The notes below the pieces were generated by a model. The model saw only the letters and a program-made list of their open reading frames with translations, was not told the DNA's origin and ran no database searches. The translations under genes were made by a program, and so were the position numbers. A stretch of 64,000 nt of DNA, from positions 608,001 through 672,000 of the forward strand of contig CAWGMQ010000010.1 of the NCBI GenBank assembly GCA_963823665.1, in the 5' to 3' direction. Source of the stretch: an uncultured Planctomycetota bacterium. Lineage in GTDB: Bacteria; Planctomycetota; Planctomycetia; Isosphaerales; Isosphaeraceae. This document shows, in pieces, positions 20,656 through 31,785 of this stretch (position 1 is the first letter of the stretch; each line of letters opens with the position of its first letter).

Positions 20656-23600
20656 ATGCCACTCGACCCGCAGCGTGTTCAAGCCGTGTTCCTCTCGGCC
20701 GTCGAATGCCACGAGCCGGCGGCCCGCGCCGCGCTCCTGGACCGCGAGTGCGCGACCGACCCGGAGCTGAGGCGGCGAGTCGAGGCGCTCCTGACTGCTC
20801 TCGACCAGCCCGAGAGCCTCCTCGATCAACCGATCGTCGGACTCGCCCCCGACGGCTTCGGGCCCCACACCAGCCCCGCGGACAACGGGGTCGAGGGCGC
20901 GGGGGCCGAGTCGGCCGTCGATGGCTCCAAGGCTTCCGACCCGACGGTCGGTGTGATGCCGGGCGCCGACTACACCAGGGGTGTCGGCACGCTCGTGGAG
21001 AAGTCCGCCCGCGCCGTGCCCGCCATCTCCGGCTACGAGATCCTGGGCGAGCTGGGTCGAGGCGGCATGGGCATCGTGTACCGCGCCAGGCAGGTCCGCC
21101 TGAATCGCCCCTGCGTGCTCAAGATGATCCTGGGCGGGGCCCACGCCTCGTCCGAGGCAGCCACTCGCTTCCTGGCCGAGGCGGAGGCGATCGCCCGGTT
21201 GCATCACCCCAATATCGTGCAGATTCACCATATCGGTGAGGCCGACGGCTTGCCTTTCTTCGAGCTGGAGTACGTCGACGGCGGCAGCCTTGACCGTCGA
21301 CTCGACGGCACGCCGTGGCCGGCAAAGCGTGCGGCCGCGTTGATCGAATCGATGGCGCGCGGCGTTGCCGAGGCACATCGCTTGGGCATCGTCCACCGCG
21401 ACCTTAAGCCAGGCAACATCCTGATCGCCGTCGATGGCACGCCCAAGATCACCGACTTCGGCCTGGCCAAAACTCTGGCCTCGGACAGCGGCCTGACGCG
21501 GACCGACTCGATCATGGGCTCGCCCGGCTACATGTCTCGCGAGCAGGCCGAGGGCAAGACCAAGGCGGTCGGGCCGCTCGCCGACATCTACGCCTTGGGC
21601 GCGATTCTCTATGAGCTACTGACCGGCGGCCCGCCGTTCCGGGGTACGACCGCCCTCGAGATTCTCGATCAGGTGAAGAACACCGAGCCGGTGCCGCCAT
21701 CGCGGCTCGTCCCCGGCCTGCCGCGGGACGTCGAAACGGTCGCGCTGAAATGCTTGCAGAAGGAGCCGGGCAAGCGCTACGACTCGGCCGCCGCGGTGGC
21801 CGAAGACCTGCGGCGATTCCTCGGCGGCGAGTCGATCCTGGCGCGACCTGTCGGTCCGATTGAGCGGGGATGGCGCTGGTGCCGGCGCAACCCCGTCGTG
21901 GCGGGCCTTACCGCCGCTCTGGCTGCGGTCCTGATGCTGGCCACGGCGGCCTCGCTGGCGGCCTATTGGCGCATGAGCACGCTGGCCCGCGGAGAGCACG
22001 CGGCCCGGCTGGCCGCTGTGAAGGAGATGCAGGCCGCCCAGGACGCCCGCGTGCAGGAGGCCGACCAGCGCCGGCGTGCGGAGGCCAACTTCCACAGGGC
22101 ACGCGCCGCCGTGGACGGCTATCTCACCACGGTCAGCGAGAGCCAGCTCCTCAAAGTTCCCGGGCTCCAGCCCCTCCGCGGCGAGCTATTGGAATCGGCC
22201 CTGCGGTTTTATCAGGACTTTCTCAAGGAGCGGGGCGACGACCCCATGCTCCGCGCCGAGCTGGCCGCGACCCAGCTCCGGATCGGCCGAATCCAGACGG
22301 ATCTTGGGAGCGCCAACGAAGCGCGTCGGGTCCTGAAGTCCGCGATCGCCACCTACCAGGCGGAGGTCACCAAGAACTCGCAGGACCTCGCGCTCCGCAC
22401 CGCCTTGGCCGCCGCCTGGCTGGCCCTGGGCGACCTGGCTTACAACTTCAGCGGGCAGAACTCGAGTCAGGAGCAGCTCGAAGCGTGGGAAAAGAACGCC
22501 GAGATTCGCGAGGGCCTGGCACGCGTCCGACCGGATGATCCCGGCTACCAGGCGGACCTCGCCGAAGCCTTCGAACGCCTCGGGACTGCTCGGGACGGGG
22601 CCGGCCGGGATGGGCTGCCGGCCCGCCTTCGCGGCGCCGAACTCAGCCTCGCTCTCTTCCTCAAGTCCCCGGATGACCCGAAGATCAATTTCGGCCTGGG
22701 AGAGTCGTTGAACAACATCGCCGTCGCCCTGTCGAACTGGGGGCGTCACGGGGACGCCCTGGCGATGTACCTGCGCGGCCTGGAGTATAACCGTTTCGCC
22801 TACGACAAGCTGCCGCACATGATCGAGTACGGCTGCGACCTGGGCACGGCCTACATGAATGCCGTCAGGGAGTGCAGGAAGCTGGGGCGGAGCGACGAGA
22901 CAGTCATCGAGGCACGAAAGGCGGTGGAACACTGCCGGAGCATGGTCCGGGATCACCCGGCCGTAACGATCGTGAAGCGCCATTTCGTCTGGGCCCTGGA
23001 GGCGCTCGTCCAGAGCCAGCGCGACGCAGGCTAGGCGGCCGAGGCGGCACGGACGGGCCGCGAGTTGGGGCAATGGCTCGACATCGTCGTCGATGCGCCC
23101 CAATGGATGTTCGACGGTGCCTGCTGGCACGCCCGGTTGTCCCTGTGGGCGGACGAGAGGAAGAGTTCCCTCACGAACCAGGACCAAGATGAGGCGCATC
23201 GTGAAGCCGCTCGGGCCGTCGAGCAGCTCCAGCGGGCCATCGAGTCCGGCTTCGCCGACCTCGAAGCGATTCGGAGGAACAAGGCCCTGGACCCGCTCCG
23301 GGGCCGGGCCGACTTCCAGAAGTTGGTCGCGAACCTGGAAAAGCGGCTCAGGCCGCGTTCCCAGGGAGCCCCTGCCGTGGCGGGGCCAGAGAGCGGCCCG
23401 GCGCCCAGCCCGGTCTCCGCGGCCGAGCGGGTCTGCCGGGCGCGAGCTGACCGGGCGGCGGTCCTGCATGCCGTCGGCGTGGTCAAGTGGGTCCGCAGGC
23501 ATCACGACGAGGCTCGGGACACGCTCGACGAGGCCCGCGTGCTCTGCGAGCAGCTACTCGGGGAGCGCCCGACCGACGCCCCTCTTCGGACGATCCTGGC

Positions 23601-24484
23601 CGATACTCACAGGACCCTGGGTAGCATGGATTGGGACGCACGTCGGCTCGATCACGCCGAGGCCCACCTGGACGCCGCCCTCGCGGCCGCCCCGGACGAC
23701 ATCGAGGTTCGCCTGGCCCGTGACCGCATCCTCGCCGAGTTTGGACGCGACATCGAGGCCCGCGACGACATCGCCAAGGTCCTCGCCTCGGCCCCGCTCA
23801 GCCCCGCGGCATACCGCATGGCCGCCGCCGTCCATGCCCGGCTGGGCGCCTCGGGACACGGCCGCGGAGACGCTGGCCACGCTCCTCGAACGAGATCCCG
23901 GCGACCACGGGAACTGGTGCGTCTCGGCGGCCCTCCGTGCGCGGGCTGGCGACACGGACCGCTTTCGGCGTTTGTGCCGCCGGATGCTCGATCGCTTCCG
24001 GGGAAGCCAAGACCCCGTGGTCGCGGCGCGGACGGCAAAGTACTGCCTCCTCCTCCCCATGCCCGGACCCGAGCAGGAAGACGCCGGCCGACTCGCGGAA
24101 CAGGCGGTCGCGGGTGCCACCGGGCCGCTCCGGCGCCAGGCCGGTGCGGCCGAAGGGCTGGCCGACTACCGAAGAGGGAGATTCGCCGACGCGCTCGCCG
24201 CCATCGACAAGGCCCAGGCGCTGGACGGTGACGGCGATTGGAATCTCCAGGTATTCGCCGGCTGCGTGCGATCCATGGCCTTGATGCGCCTGGGGAGCCG
24301 CGACGAGGCACGCGCGGCCCTGATGAAGGCATCGGGGCTTTACCGTTCGAACGTGCAGCAGGCTACCGCGCTCGATCCCGGAACGTTCTGGGCCGACCTG
24401 TTGATCTGTGAAGTCCTGCACCGTGAGGCCGAAGCCCTGGTCGTTTACGATCCGGCTTTCCCGGCCAACCCGTTCGCTCGATAG
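20656..24484 (+). CDS. ECF-associated-type Ser/Thr kinase with TM and TPR region (in-frame TAG 23032-23034; frameshift ~23850; possible pseudogene)
   Basis: LGRGGMG, LKMI, HRDLKPGN, DFGLAK, GSPGYM, TM after RRNP, C-terminal DPAFPANPFAR. The frame continues after the TAG. Confidence 0.85.
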
Positions 24485-25005
24485 GTCTCTTGATCGGCTT
24501 CAAAAGTCGATCGATCTACGGCGCGCGATAAATGAGAACAATATTTTCGGGCTTTCGCTTCGTTTACAGGGTGCCACTCTTGACGGCGACCTGTTCCGGC
24601 TCTGGGCGTTTCGCGATCGTGACCTGCGCAGTGTTCACCTGGAGCTTGCTGTAAAGGCCGCCCTCTCAAGCCGCCCCATCGCGCTATCGTTCGATGGGAA
24701 GCATGATGCTTTTTAGTCCGTCCGCCGGTTATAATTGCTCGGTCGGAAATCGTCGGAGGACCAGATGAAGGGCAACCCGGCCCGCCCGGGAGGCTCGATG
24801 CAGGGTAAGCCGACGTGGTCGAATACCTCAGGGAATTCCACCACGTCGGCTTTTTTATTGCGCCGCAAACTCAATTGGACGAGGTGTCGCCGCTAAGCGC
24901 TGAGACGCAAGTTCTGTTTTTTTCGATTCCTTTCGACAGCCATGGCCGGAAATGGCGCGTTCAGGAGTGGAACCGAATGATCTCACCCGGTCGGAGCAAC
25001 ATTCC

Positions 25006-25257
25006 ATGCCACTGGACGCGCAGCGCGTGCAGGCCATTTTCCTGGAGGCTGTAGACTATTGTGACCCCACTGAGCGCGCCTCAATCCTGGATCGCGAATG
25101 CCCGGGCGATTCCGAGCTGCGGCAGCGGGTCGAGGCGCTCCTTGATGCCCACGACCGATTCAACGATTTCGTCAACCAGCCGTCGGCCGGGCCAGACGGC
25201 CGGGCTGTGTCGTCTTACCTGGGGTCCAACTCGTGGCGATCGGGTATGATTGAGTGA
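25006..25257 (+). CDS. stand-alone copy of the kinase N-terminal helical domain (83 aa)
   Basis: MPLDAQRVQAIFLEAVDYCDPTERASILDRECPGDSELRQRVEALLDAH versus kinase MPLDPQRVQAVFLSAVECHEPAARAALLDRECATDPELRRRVEALLTAL. Confidence 0.7.
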   Translation: MPLDAQRVQAIFLEAVDYCDPTERASILDRECPGDSELRQRVEALLDAHDRFNDFVNQPSAGPDGRAVSSYLGSNSWRSGMIE

Positions 25258-25408
25258 TCGCCGTTGTGATGCGCTCTCGCGAAAGTTCCCCCGACCCATT
25301 GCAGATCCACGCCGGTTGCGGCTCGATCACTGCCGCCTTCCCGATTTGCGCCTCCTGGCCCATCCTCTCGCCGACCATCGTTCACTAGCCACCGGAAAGA
25401 GAAGCGAC

Positions 25409-26593
25409 ATGCCATCCGATAGCATCCGTGCGGTCCATCGGCCGGGAAAACGGCCCGCGCTGTCTGATGCCGCACTGCTCTGCTCTCTGGAAGCGATCCG
25501 TGCACGGCTGCCGGAGGGGATGACCGTCGTGACCTCGACCCAGGCTGTGGGCTGGGCAAACATCCACGGCGTGATCACGGCGGGGCGACTGGAAGACTTC
25601 TTCGACTACTGCGCACCATTTCACGTCGTCGCGTTTTGCCTCAAGGGCGCGACGACGGTCGAGTGGAAGCGCGGGACACGCTTCACGCGATTCCAGGCCC
25701 AGCCCGGGGAACTGCTCGTCACAGCGGCGGGCGAGGCCAACTCCATCCGTCAGCACCAGCCGAACGAGGCGTTCAGTTGCAGTCTCAGCCCGGACCGATT
25801 GCAGTCCCTCGCCGAGCAAGAATTGGACCCGCACGGACAGACGATCGAGATCGTGCCCGGCTTTAACCGCGACGCGGAGTTATGGAGACTGGGCGAGCGC
25901 CTGGCCGCACGGCTCCGGTCGCCCATCCCTGGTTCGCGGCTCTTCGCGGATGCTCTTCTCACTCAGATCGCGATCAAGCTCTTGTGGGACTATTCATCTC
26001 TGCCGCGCCGGAGCCATACGCCCGAGGTAGAGAAGCTCGCCGATCCCCGGCTCCGCCGGGTGATCGATTACCTCCACGGCTCATTCGGGGAAGAGATCTC
26101 GCTCGACGGACTCGCGGCGATTGCCGGCCTCAGCCCTAACTATTTCCTCCACGCCTTCAAGCAGACCACAGGGCGAACGCCTCACCGCTACCTGACCGAG
26201 CTGCGGATCGCCAAGGCCTGTGAGCTCCTCAAAAACCCTCACGCGTCGATCGTGGACATCAGCCTGGCCGTCGGCTTCTCGTCGCAGAGCCACCTGACGA
26301 CGGTCTTCGGCCGATTCATGAAGACGACCCCAGCCGCCTATCGCGAAGAAGTCCTCGGACTGCGTCACTCCCCGGATCCAGCGCCCAGGCTCGTCGAAGC
26401 CCCCGATCGGATTCGCCACGATATTCTGAGCGTGAGGCGTGCTGGAGAAAAAGCGAATCCGCCGCCTGAACTTGAATTACCTCCTGATCTTCATTCCGAT
26501 CGCGCTCGGGCTCTACTGGTCCGCGGCGAACCCGCTTCTGGTTTTCGCCACGGCGGCGATGACGATCGCGCCGCTCTCGAAAATCGTCGGTAG
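25409..26593 (+). CDS. AraC-family transcriptional regulator (3' end runs into the antiporter remnant)
   Basis: LRRVIDYL..ISLDGLAAIAGLSPNYFLHAFKQTTG..RIAKACELL..ISLAVGFSSQSHLTTVFGR...TPAAYR. Confidence 0.9.
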   Translation: MPSDSIRAVHRPGKRPALSDAALLCSLEAIRARLPEGMTVVTSTQAVGWANIHGVITAGRLEDFFDYCAPFHVVAFCLKGATTVEWKRGTRFTRFQAQPGELLVTAAGEANSIRQHQPNEAFSCSLSPDRLQSLAEQELDPHGQTIEIVPGFNRDAELWRLGERLAARLRSPIPGSRLFADALLTQIAIKLLWDYSSLPRRSHTPEVEKLADPRLRRVIDYLHGSFGEEISLDGLAAIAGLSPNYFLHAFKQTTGRTPHRYLTELRIAKACELLKNPHASIVDISLAVGFSSQSHLTTVFGRFMKTTPAAYREEVLGLRHSPDPAPRLVEAPDRIRHDILSVRRAGEKANPPPELELPPDLHSDRARALLVRGEPASGFRHGGDDDRAALENRR

Positions 26594-26640
26594 TACCACC
26601 GAGACGCTGGGCTTCTACCTCGGGCCCACGCTCGGGGGCT
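26439..26640 (+). pseudogene. N-terminal fragment of Ca2+/H+ antiporter (Cax/ChaA family)
   Basis: YLLIFIPIAL..NPLLVF..IAPLSKIVGSTTETLGFYLGPTLGG, then abrupt loss of similarity. Confidence 0.65.
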
Positions 26641-26813
26641 CATCTCGTGATGCTCGCGATCGGGTTTTACTACGCCAGGTAACCCTTGATCGTAAGAACA
26701 GAGAGCGTGGTTCAGTGATTTCTTGAAAGACCGGCGGCGCAGACCGGGTACTATCGATCGGTCCGTGAAACCGCAGTGGCCAACCCCGAACTCCTTCGCG
26801 TGGAGGTAGCCAG

Positions 26814-27134
26814 ATGGCAAAGCGCCGCGTCAGTAAAGCTCGAGTCCCAGTCAAATCCTCGACCCGCGCCGTGGATTTCGTAGCGAATGCCGCTCGAGAC
26901 GGCGCCGTCGACGCCCGTACGGCGGCGATCCGGACGTGGGACGCGACCAGCCAATTCGCCTCCAAGTGCGTCTACACCACCTGCTTCACGGCCTCTTACG
27001 GGGTGGTGTTTCCCGTGGTGCTACTGGCCCGCGTGATCCCGCGGAACAACGAAGCCGTTCGGGCCATGATCGATGGGGCGCAGGCTGCGATTCGGAAAGT
27101 CGATGACGTGGCGCCCGCCCTCTCACCGGCCTGA
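26814..27134 (+). CDS. small membrane protein, first gene of the P1B-ATPase operon
   Basis: GGAGG RBS; 106 aa with a central hydrophobic segment (CVYTTCFTASYGVVFPVVLLA). Confidence 0.75.
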   Translation: MAKRRVSKARVPVKSSTRAVDFVANAARDGAVDARTAAIRTWDATSQFASKCVYTTCFTASYGVVFPVVLLARVIPRNNEAVRAMIDGAQAAIRKVDDVAPALSPA

Positions 27135-27177
27135 GCTGTCTTCGAGAGAACTCTCCCCTTGGAAGGAGATCATCGGC

Positions 27178-28055
27178 ATGGAATCAGTCACGATCACCGA
27201 GACCCGTTCGCCCGGCGGAATCGAACCCGCGAACGGCGGCGGAGCTTTCCCCTCCCTTGACATCGAGTTTGATGAGACCGCGGGATCGCTGCGGATTTAC
27301 GACCCAAGGCTGTTCCAGGCCGGACGACGCGGCTTCTGCAAGCGGCTCCTCACGTTGGCGTCCCGTCAGCCGGGGATCATCAAGGCAGAAGTTGAGCTCG
27401 CGTCGGCTTCATGTCAGATCGAGTTCGGTCCTGGCCCGCAGACCGCTCTCTGCATGGCCGACTCGTTTGTGCGTGTGGTTCAAGAGGCTTCCTCGGGTAC
27501 CTCGCTGCTTGACAGAATCTGGTGGTGGCGCCGCCGCCGGGGATGGTCCGGCATGACGTCCTTTCATCTTCCGGAGGGAGTCTCGCTCTGGGAGACCTTC
27601 GAGGTTGACCCCGCCCGGATCCGGCTCCGCCGTTCAGGGGTCGCCGGTAACCGGGCGCGGCTCTCCCGCCTGGCAGACGCCCTTGCCAGCCTCGAGTGCG
27701 TCGAGGCGTGCCGCGTGTCTGCCTGGTCGGACCGTATCACGATCGGTGTGTGGCGGGATGGTCCCCTCTCGGACCGATTCATGGATACGGTCGAGCAAGC
27801 ACTGGCGTGTCTCGAGGCAGCCGAGCTGTTCTGGCCGGAACGTCCCGCTCTGGCCGCGCCGTTTGTCGAAGCAAGCCGGCAGGGCGCCGTCGCCAAGGCG
27901 ACCTGGGGGAGACATATCATCAACATCGCACTGGCGGGCGGCACCTTTTCAATCACGCTGATGGGTCTGGCCTTGCCGGGATTCCGTCCGTCCCGTTCTC
28001 ACCGGCGACCAGGTATCAGCTAGCGCACTGGGTTAATCGATCCCAACCCCCTTGA
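27178..28055 (+). CDS. tandem HMA-like (no CxxC) domain protein with C-terminal DUF454/YbaN-like TM segment (frameshift ~27978)
   Basis: AAGGAG RBS; two domains resembling the ATPase N-terminus (PARIRLRR); tail IALAGGTFSITLMGLALPG+IPSVPF. Confidence 0.65.
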
Positions 28056-28066
28056 GACACTCAAGA

Positions 28067-30907
28067 ATGGCCGACTTCGATCTCGCCGTCACTTTCCCGT
28101 CCGAGGGCGTGATCCGCCTTCGTAGCCGATCGTTGTTCGGCGATGCCGACAACCCGGACTATCGACGTTTCCTCGAACGGGTGTTCCAGGTCGAGGAGAT
28201 CTCCGACGTCACGATCACGGGGGGAAGTGCGCCCCAGGCGGAGTTGCGATTCTGCCCGAAGACCTCGACGTTGCGAGACGTCGCGAAGCGGATCGGCACC
28301 GTTCTGAGGCAGGGCCGGGAAAAGGGGGTCGCCACATCAAACGGCGAGGTTCACAGAAGCTCGGGCGGCCGCGCCGGGCGGAAAGGCGGCGCGCACGAGA
28401 ACGGACGTGCCCTCACGAATGGTCGTGCCCTCACGAATGGACACGCTCTGACGAATGGGTATGCGCGACAAACGGCCAGGTTCTGGCGAACGGACAAGCT
28501 CCGGCGAAAAAACGCGGGCAATCGAACGGCCAAGTCCCATTGAACGGCCGCACGAGCAACGGCGTAGCTGTCGCACCCTACTTCGAGCATCACGCCCCAC
28601 TTGAACCGGTGCGCGAAATGACGGTCGCGAGTGCGGCATCGGCCCGAGATAAGAATGGAGTTGTCAAGTATTTTCGCCACGGCTCGGTCGTGACTGGATG
28701 GGAGATCAAGCGCGATCATCCTGGCCGGCTGCGCCTCAGGAATCCGGTTCTCTACCGCAAGTCGGAGCTGTGTCAGGCCATCGAGCGGGAATTGATGGGC
28801 ATCCTCGGGATCGATCAGTACAAGACCAGCTCGCTCACGTGCTCGGTCCAGGTCGACTACGATCCGCGACAGCTCAGCAAGCTCCAGGTGATCGAGATCC
28901 TCGACTCGGTCCTCGCCAGCGCCGAGCACCCAACCGCTCCCGACAAGTCAGACCTTCACCTGCCAGTCTGCACGGCCTCGCTGCCAATCGCGGCGGCGGC
29001 CCAGTTCGCCTTCCCTCCGCTCCTGCCGGTGGCGGCAGCGGTGTTTGCGTACACGTCGATCCCAACGTTCAAGGAGGCTTACAAAGTCTTGTTCAAGGAG
29101 AAGCGGCTGGGGGTGGACGTCCTCGACTCGATCGTGGTCGTTGGCTGCCTGGGGACCATGGCGATCTTCCCCGGAGCCGTGCTCTGCTGGTGCCTCGGCT
29201 TCGGTCGTGCACTGGTCAAGAAGACGCAGGATAACTCCAAGAAGCTGCTGCTGAACGCCTTCGGCAAGCAGCCGCGATACGTGTGGCTCTATCGGGACGG
29301 CGTCGAGGTGCAGGTGACGATGGACCGGCTCCAGAAGGGCGACATCATCGTCGTCAGCACCGGCGAGGTGGTGCCGGTCGACGGGCACGTGGTCGAGGGA
29401 ATGGCGATGATCGACCAGCACGCGCTGACCGGCGAGTCGACACCGGCCGAGAAGGGCATCGGCGACCGGGTCTTTGCCTCGACCGTGATGGTGGCCGGCA
29501 AGGTCTTCGTCTCGGTCGAGACGTCGGGCAGCGACACGGCCTCGGCCAAGATCAGCCAGATCCTCAACGACACGGCCGGTTACAAGCTCGCCTCGCAGCA
29601 CAAGGGCGAGCGGCTGGCTGACAAGGCAGTGATCCCGACCTTGACCATCGGCGCCCTTGGGATGGCCACGATGGGCCCCGCCGGCGCGGTCGCGGTGCTT
29701 GAACAGCGACTTCGGCACCGGAATCCGCATGGCCGCGCCGCTGGCCATGCTCAGCTCGCTGGCCTTGTGTGCGAACAAAGGCATCCTGGTCAAGGACGGA
29801 CGGGCACTGGAGCTGATGAACGAGGTCGACACAGTCCTCTTCGACAAGACCGGCACCTTGACCCGCGAGCGGCCCGAGGTCGGTCGGGTCATCGCCGCCC
29901 GCGGGTTCGAAGCGGACCAGATCCTTGGCTTCGCGGCGGCCGCCGAGCGGAAGTTCCATCATCCGATCGCGCAGGCGATCCTCCACAAGGCCGAAGAGCT
30001 CAATCTGGTCCCGCCGCCGACCGACGAGACCCAGTACAAGGTCGGCTATGGCATCACGGTCCACGCCCTGGGGCACACCATCCGCGTGGGCAGCAGGCGG
30101 TTCATGGAGATGGAGGGGATCGAGCTGCCGCCCGAGGTGAGGGCGGCCTTGGAGGAGGCGCACGGCGAGGGTTACACGATGGTCATGGTCGGCGTGGACG
30201 GCCGCCTGGGCGGGGCGATCGAGCTGCGAGCGTCGGTCCGCCCGGAGGTTCGGGAGATCATCGACGGGCTGCGCAAGCGCGGGATCAAGCACATCGCGAT
30301 CATCTCGGGCGACCACGAGGCCCCGACCAGGAAGCTGGCGGAATCTCTGGGAATGGACCGCTACTTCGCCCAGGTCCTGCCCGCGGACAAGGCCGAGTAC
30401 GTCGAGAAACTCCAGAACGAAGGGTGCAAGGTCTGCTTCGTGGGCGACGGTATCAATGATTCGATTGCGCTCAAGAAGGCCAACGTGTCGATCTCGCTCC
30501 GGGGCGCCTCGACGATCGCAACCGACACGGCCCAGATTGTCTTCCTGGAAGAAGGGCTCGCCAAGCTGTGCGAGCTGCGCGACATCGCCCGCGACCTCGA
30601 TCACAACGTGAAACGGAGCTGGTCGATGATCCTGGCTCCCAACATCGCCTGCATCGCGGGCGTCTTCACATTGGGGTTCGGGATCATGGCGTCGGTCGTC
30701 ACCAACAACGTCGCCGCCCTGGCCGCGCTCGCCAACGGCATGCTCCCGCTCCGCAAGGTCGCCCAGATCGAGGCCGAGCGCCGGCACAGGCTGGAGATGA
30801 GCCAGGAAACTTATGGTATTGAGAGAAACGCTGTACCGGCGCCGCCTGCTGCGGCCGCTCGACGAGGCAACAAGAACCGCCGTCCACGGCGAGTTCGCGC
30901 GTCGTAG
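28067..30907 (+). CDS. heavy-metal P1B-type ATPase, non-CPC (FezB/P1B-6-like; frameshifts ~28466, ~29695)
   Basis: TGES, DKTGTLT, HHPIA, GDGIND. TM motif NSDFGTGIRMAAP in place of CPC, late TNNVAA, N-terminal PGRLRLR domain. Confidence 0.9.
28397..28562 (+). repeat. 18-bp tandem repeat / Asn-Gly hexapeptide linker within the ATPase
   Basis: gagaacggacgtgccctc, acgaatggtcgtgccctc, acgaatggacacgctctg, acgaatgggtatgcg; continues TNGQVL ANGQAP SNGQVP LNGRTS NG. Confidence 0.8.
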
Positions 30908-30993
30908 ACATCAAATCCCGGTCGCCACCGAATTTCAATGGCACCATGAGAAACCGCAGTTCACGATCCGCTCGAAAAAGGATTCCAGCGCTG

Positions 30994-31513
30994 ATGCCAG
31001 CCAAAAAAGCGAGGGTTGCCGGTCCCGCTCCGCCGATCGATCTGGACCTGAAGTCTGAGCCCCCGCCTCGGCCTGTGAACGATCAGGTGAAGCGGTTCGA
31101 CATCTTCCTGATCGATACGGGCTGGAATACGGCCATCTCGAAGCTGGTGCGCTCCCACTTGCCGCTATTATACCAATTTCAACAGCAAGAGAGCCTCTAC
31201 CTGCTTACACCCGAGCAGTCGGTCGAGATCCTGAAGCGCGCCCGAGTTCATCGGTCGCGACCCGACCGTCCTCGTGTACGATCTCTGCGCTCCGGTCGGC
31301 CGCAAGCATCGCAACTATCACGGCTTTCACCTGAGTCTCGGCCGATTCAAGCACCCGGAACAGGCGCTGTCGCGGCTGCAGGAGTTCCTCCGTTTTCTGA
31401 TCTCGAACCGGTCCTCCGCCGCTCTGGATACCGAGGTTCGCCGCGAACTGAATCGCGAGGGAGCCAAAGGCATGATCAAGATCCTCCGCGAGGCGACCAC
31501 CGAATTGCTCTGA
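30994..31513 (+). CDS. hypothetical soluble protein in the ATPase operon (frameshift ~31240)
   Basis: RFDIFLIDTGWN..LYLLTPEQS joined to DPTVLVYDL..GFHLSLG..LQEFLRFL..GMIKIL. Confidence 0.7.
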
Positions 31514-31549
31514 CGACCCAACGCACGAGTCTTGCTTGAGGAGAAGCCG

Positions 31550-31753
31550 ATGAACGAAGAAATCTCCATTTTGCCGATTTTGGTCGGCGCGCTGGCTGTG
31601 CTCTACTTCGGTTATGAGATCGAGCGCCGCCGTCACCAACTGCGCGAAACGTTCAATGTCTTCGACAAACGGGAAAGCACGATCGCTCAGGGGCTGGAGC
31701 TCATGGTTGAAAGCGGCGAGCTCAGGCCGTATGTCCCAGGCCAGGTGAGCTGA
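31550..31753 (+). CDS. small single-TM protein, last gene of the ATPase operon
   Basis: GAGGAG RBS; ILPILVGALAVLYFGY TM followed by a charged helix. Confidence 0.7.
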   Translation: MNEEISILPILVGALAVLYFGYEIERRRHQLRETFNVFDKRESTIAQGLELMVESGELRPYVPGQVS

Positions 31754-31785
31754 GCACGGTCCGTGCCGACGGAGCTGTCCGCCAG

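Noticed and set aside
23032..23034. Amber recoding (pyrrolysine) in the kinase gene
   Set aside because: No pyl genes are present in the window and TAG is used as a normal stop by other genes here.
24527..24549. Fur-box-like AT-rich stretch (gataaatgagaacaatatt)
   Set aside because: Only about half the positions match the 19-bp consensus, and it is more than 2 kb from the ATPase operon.
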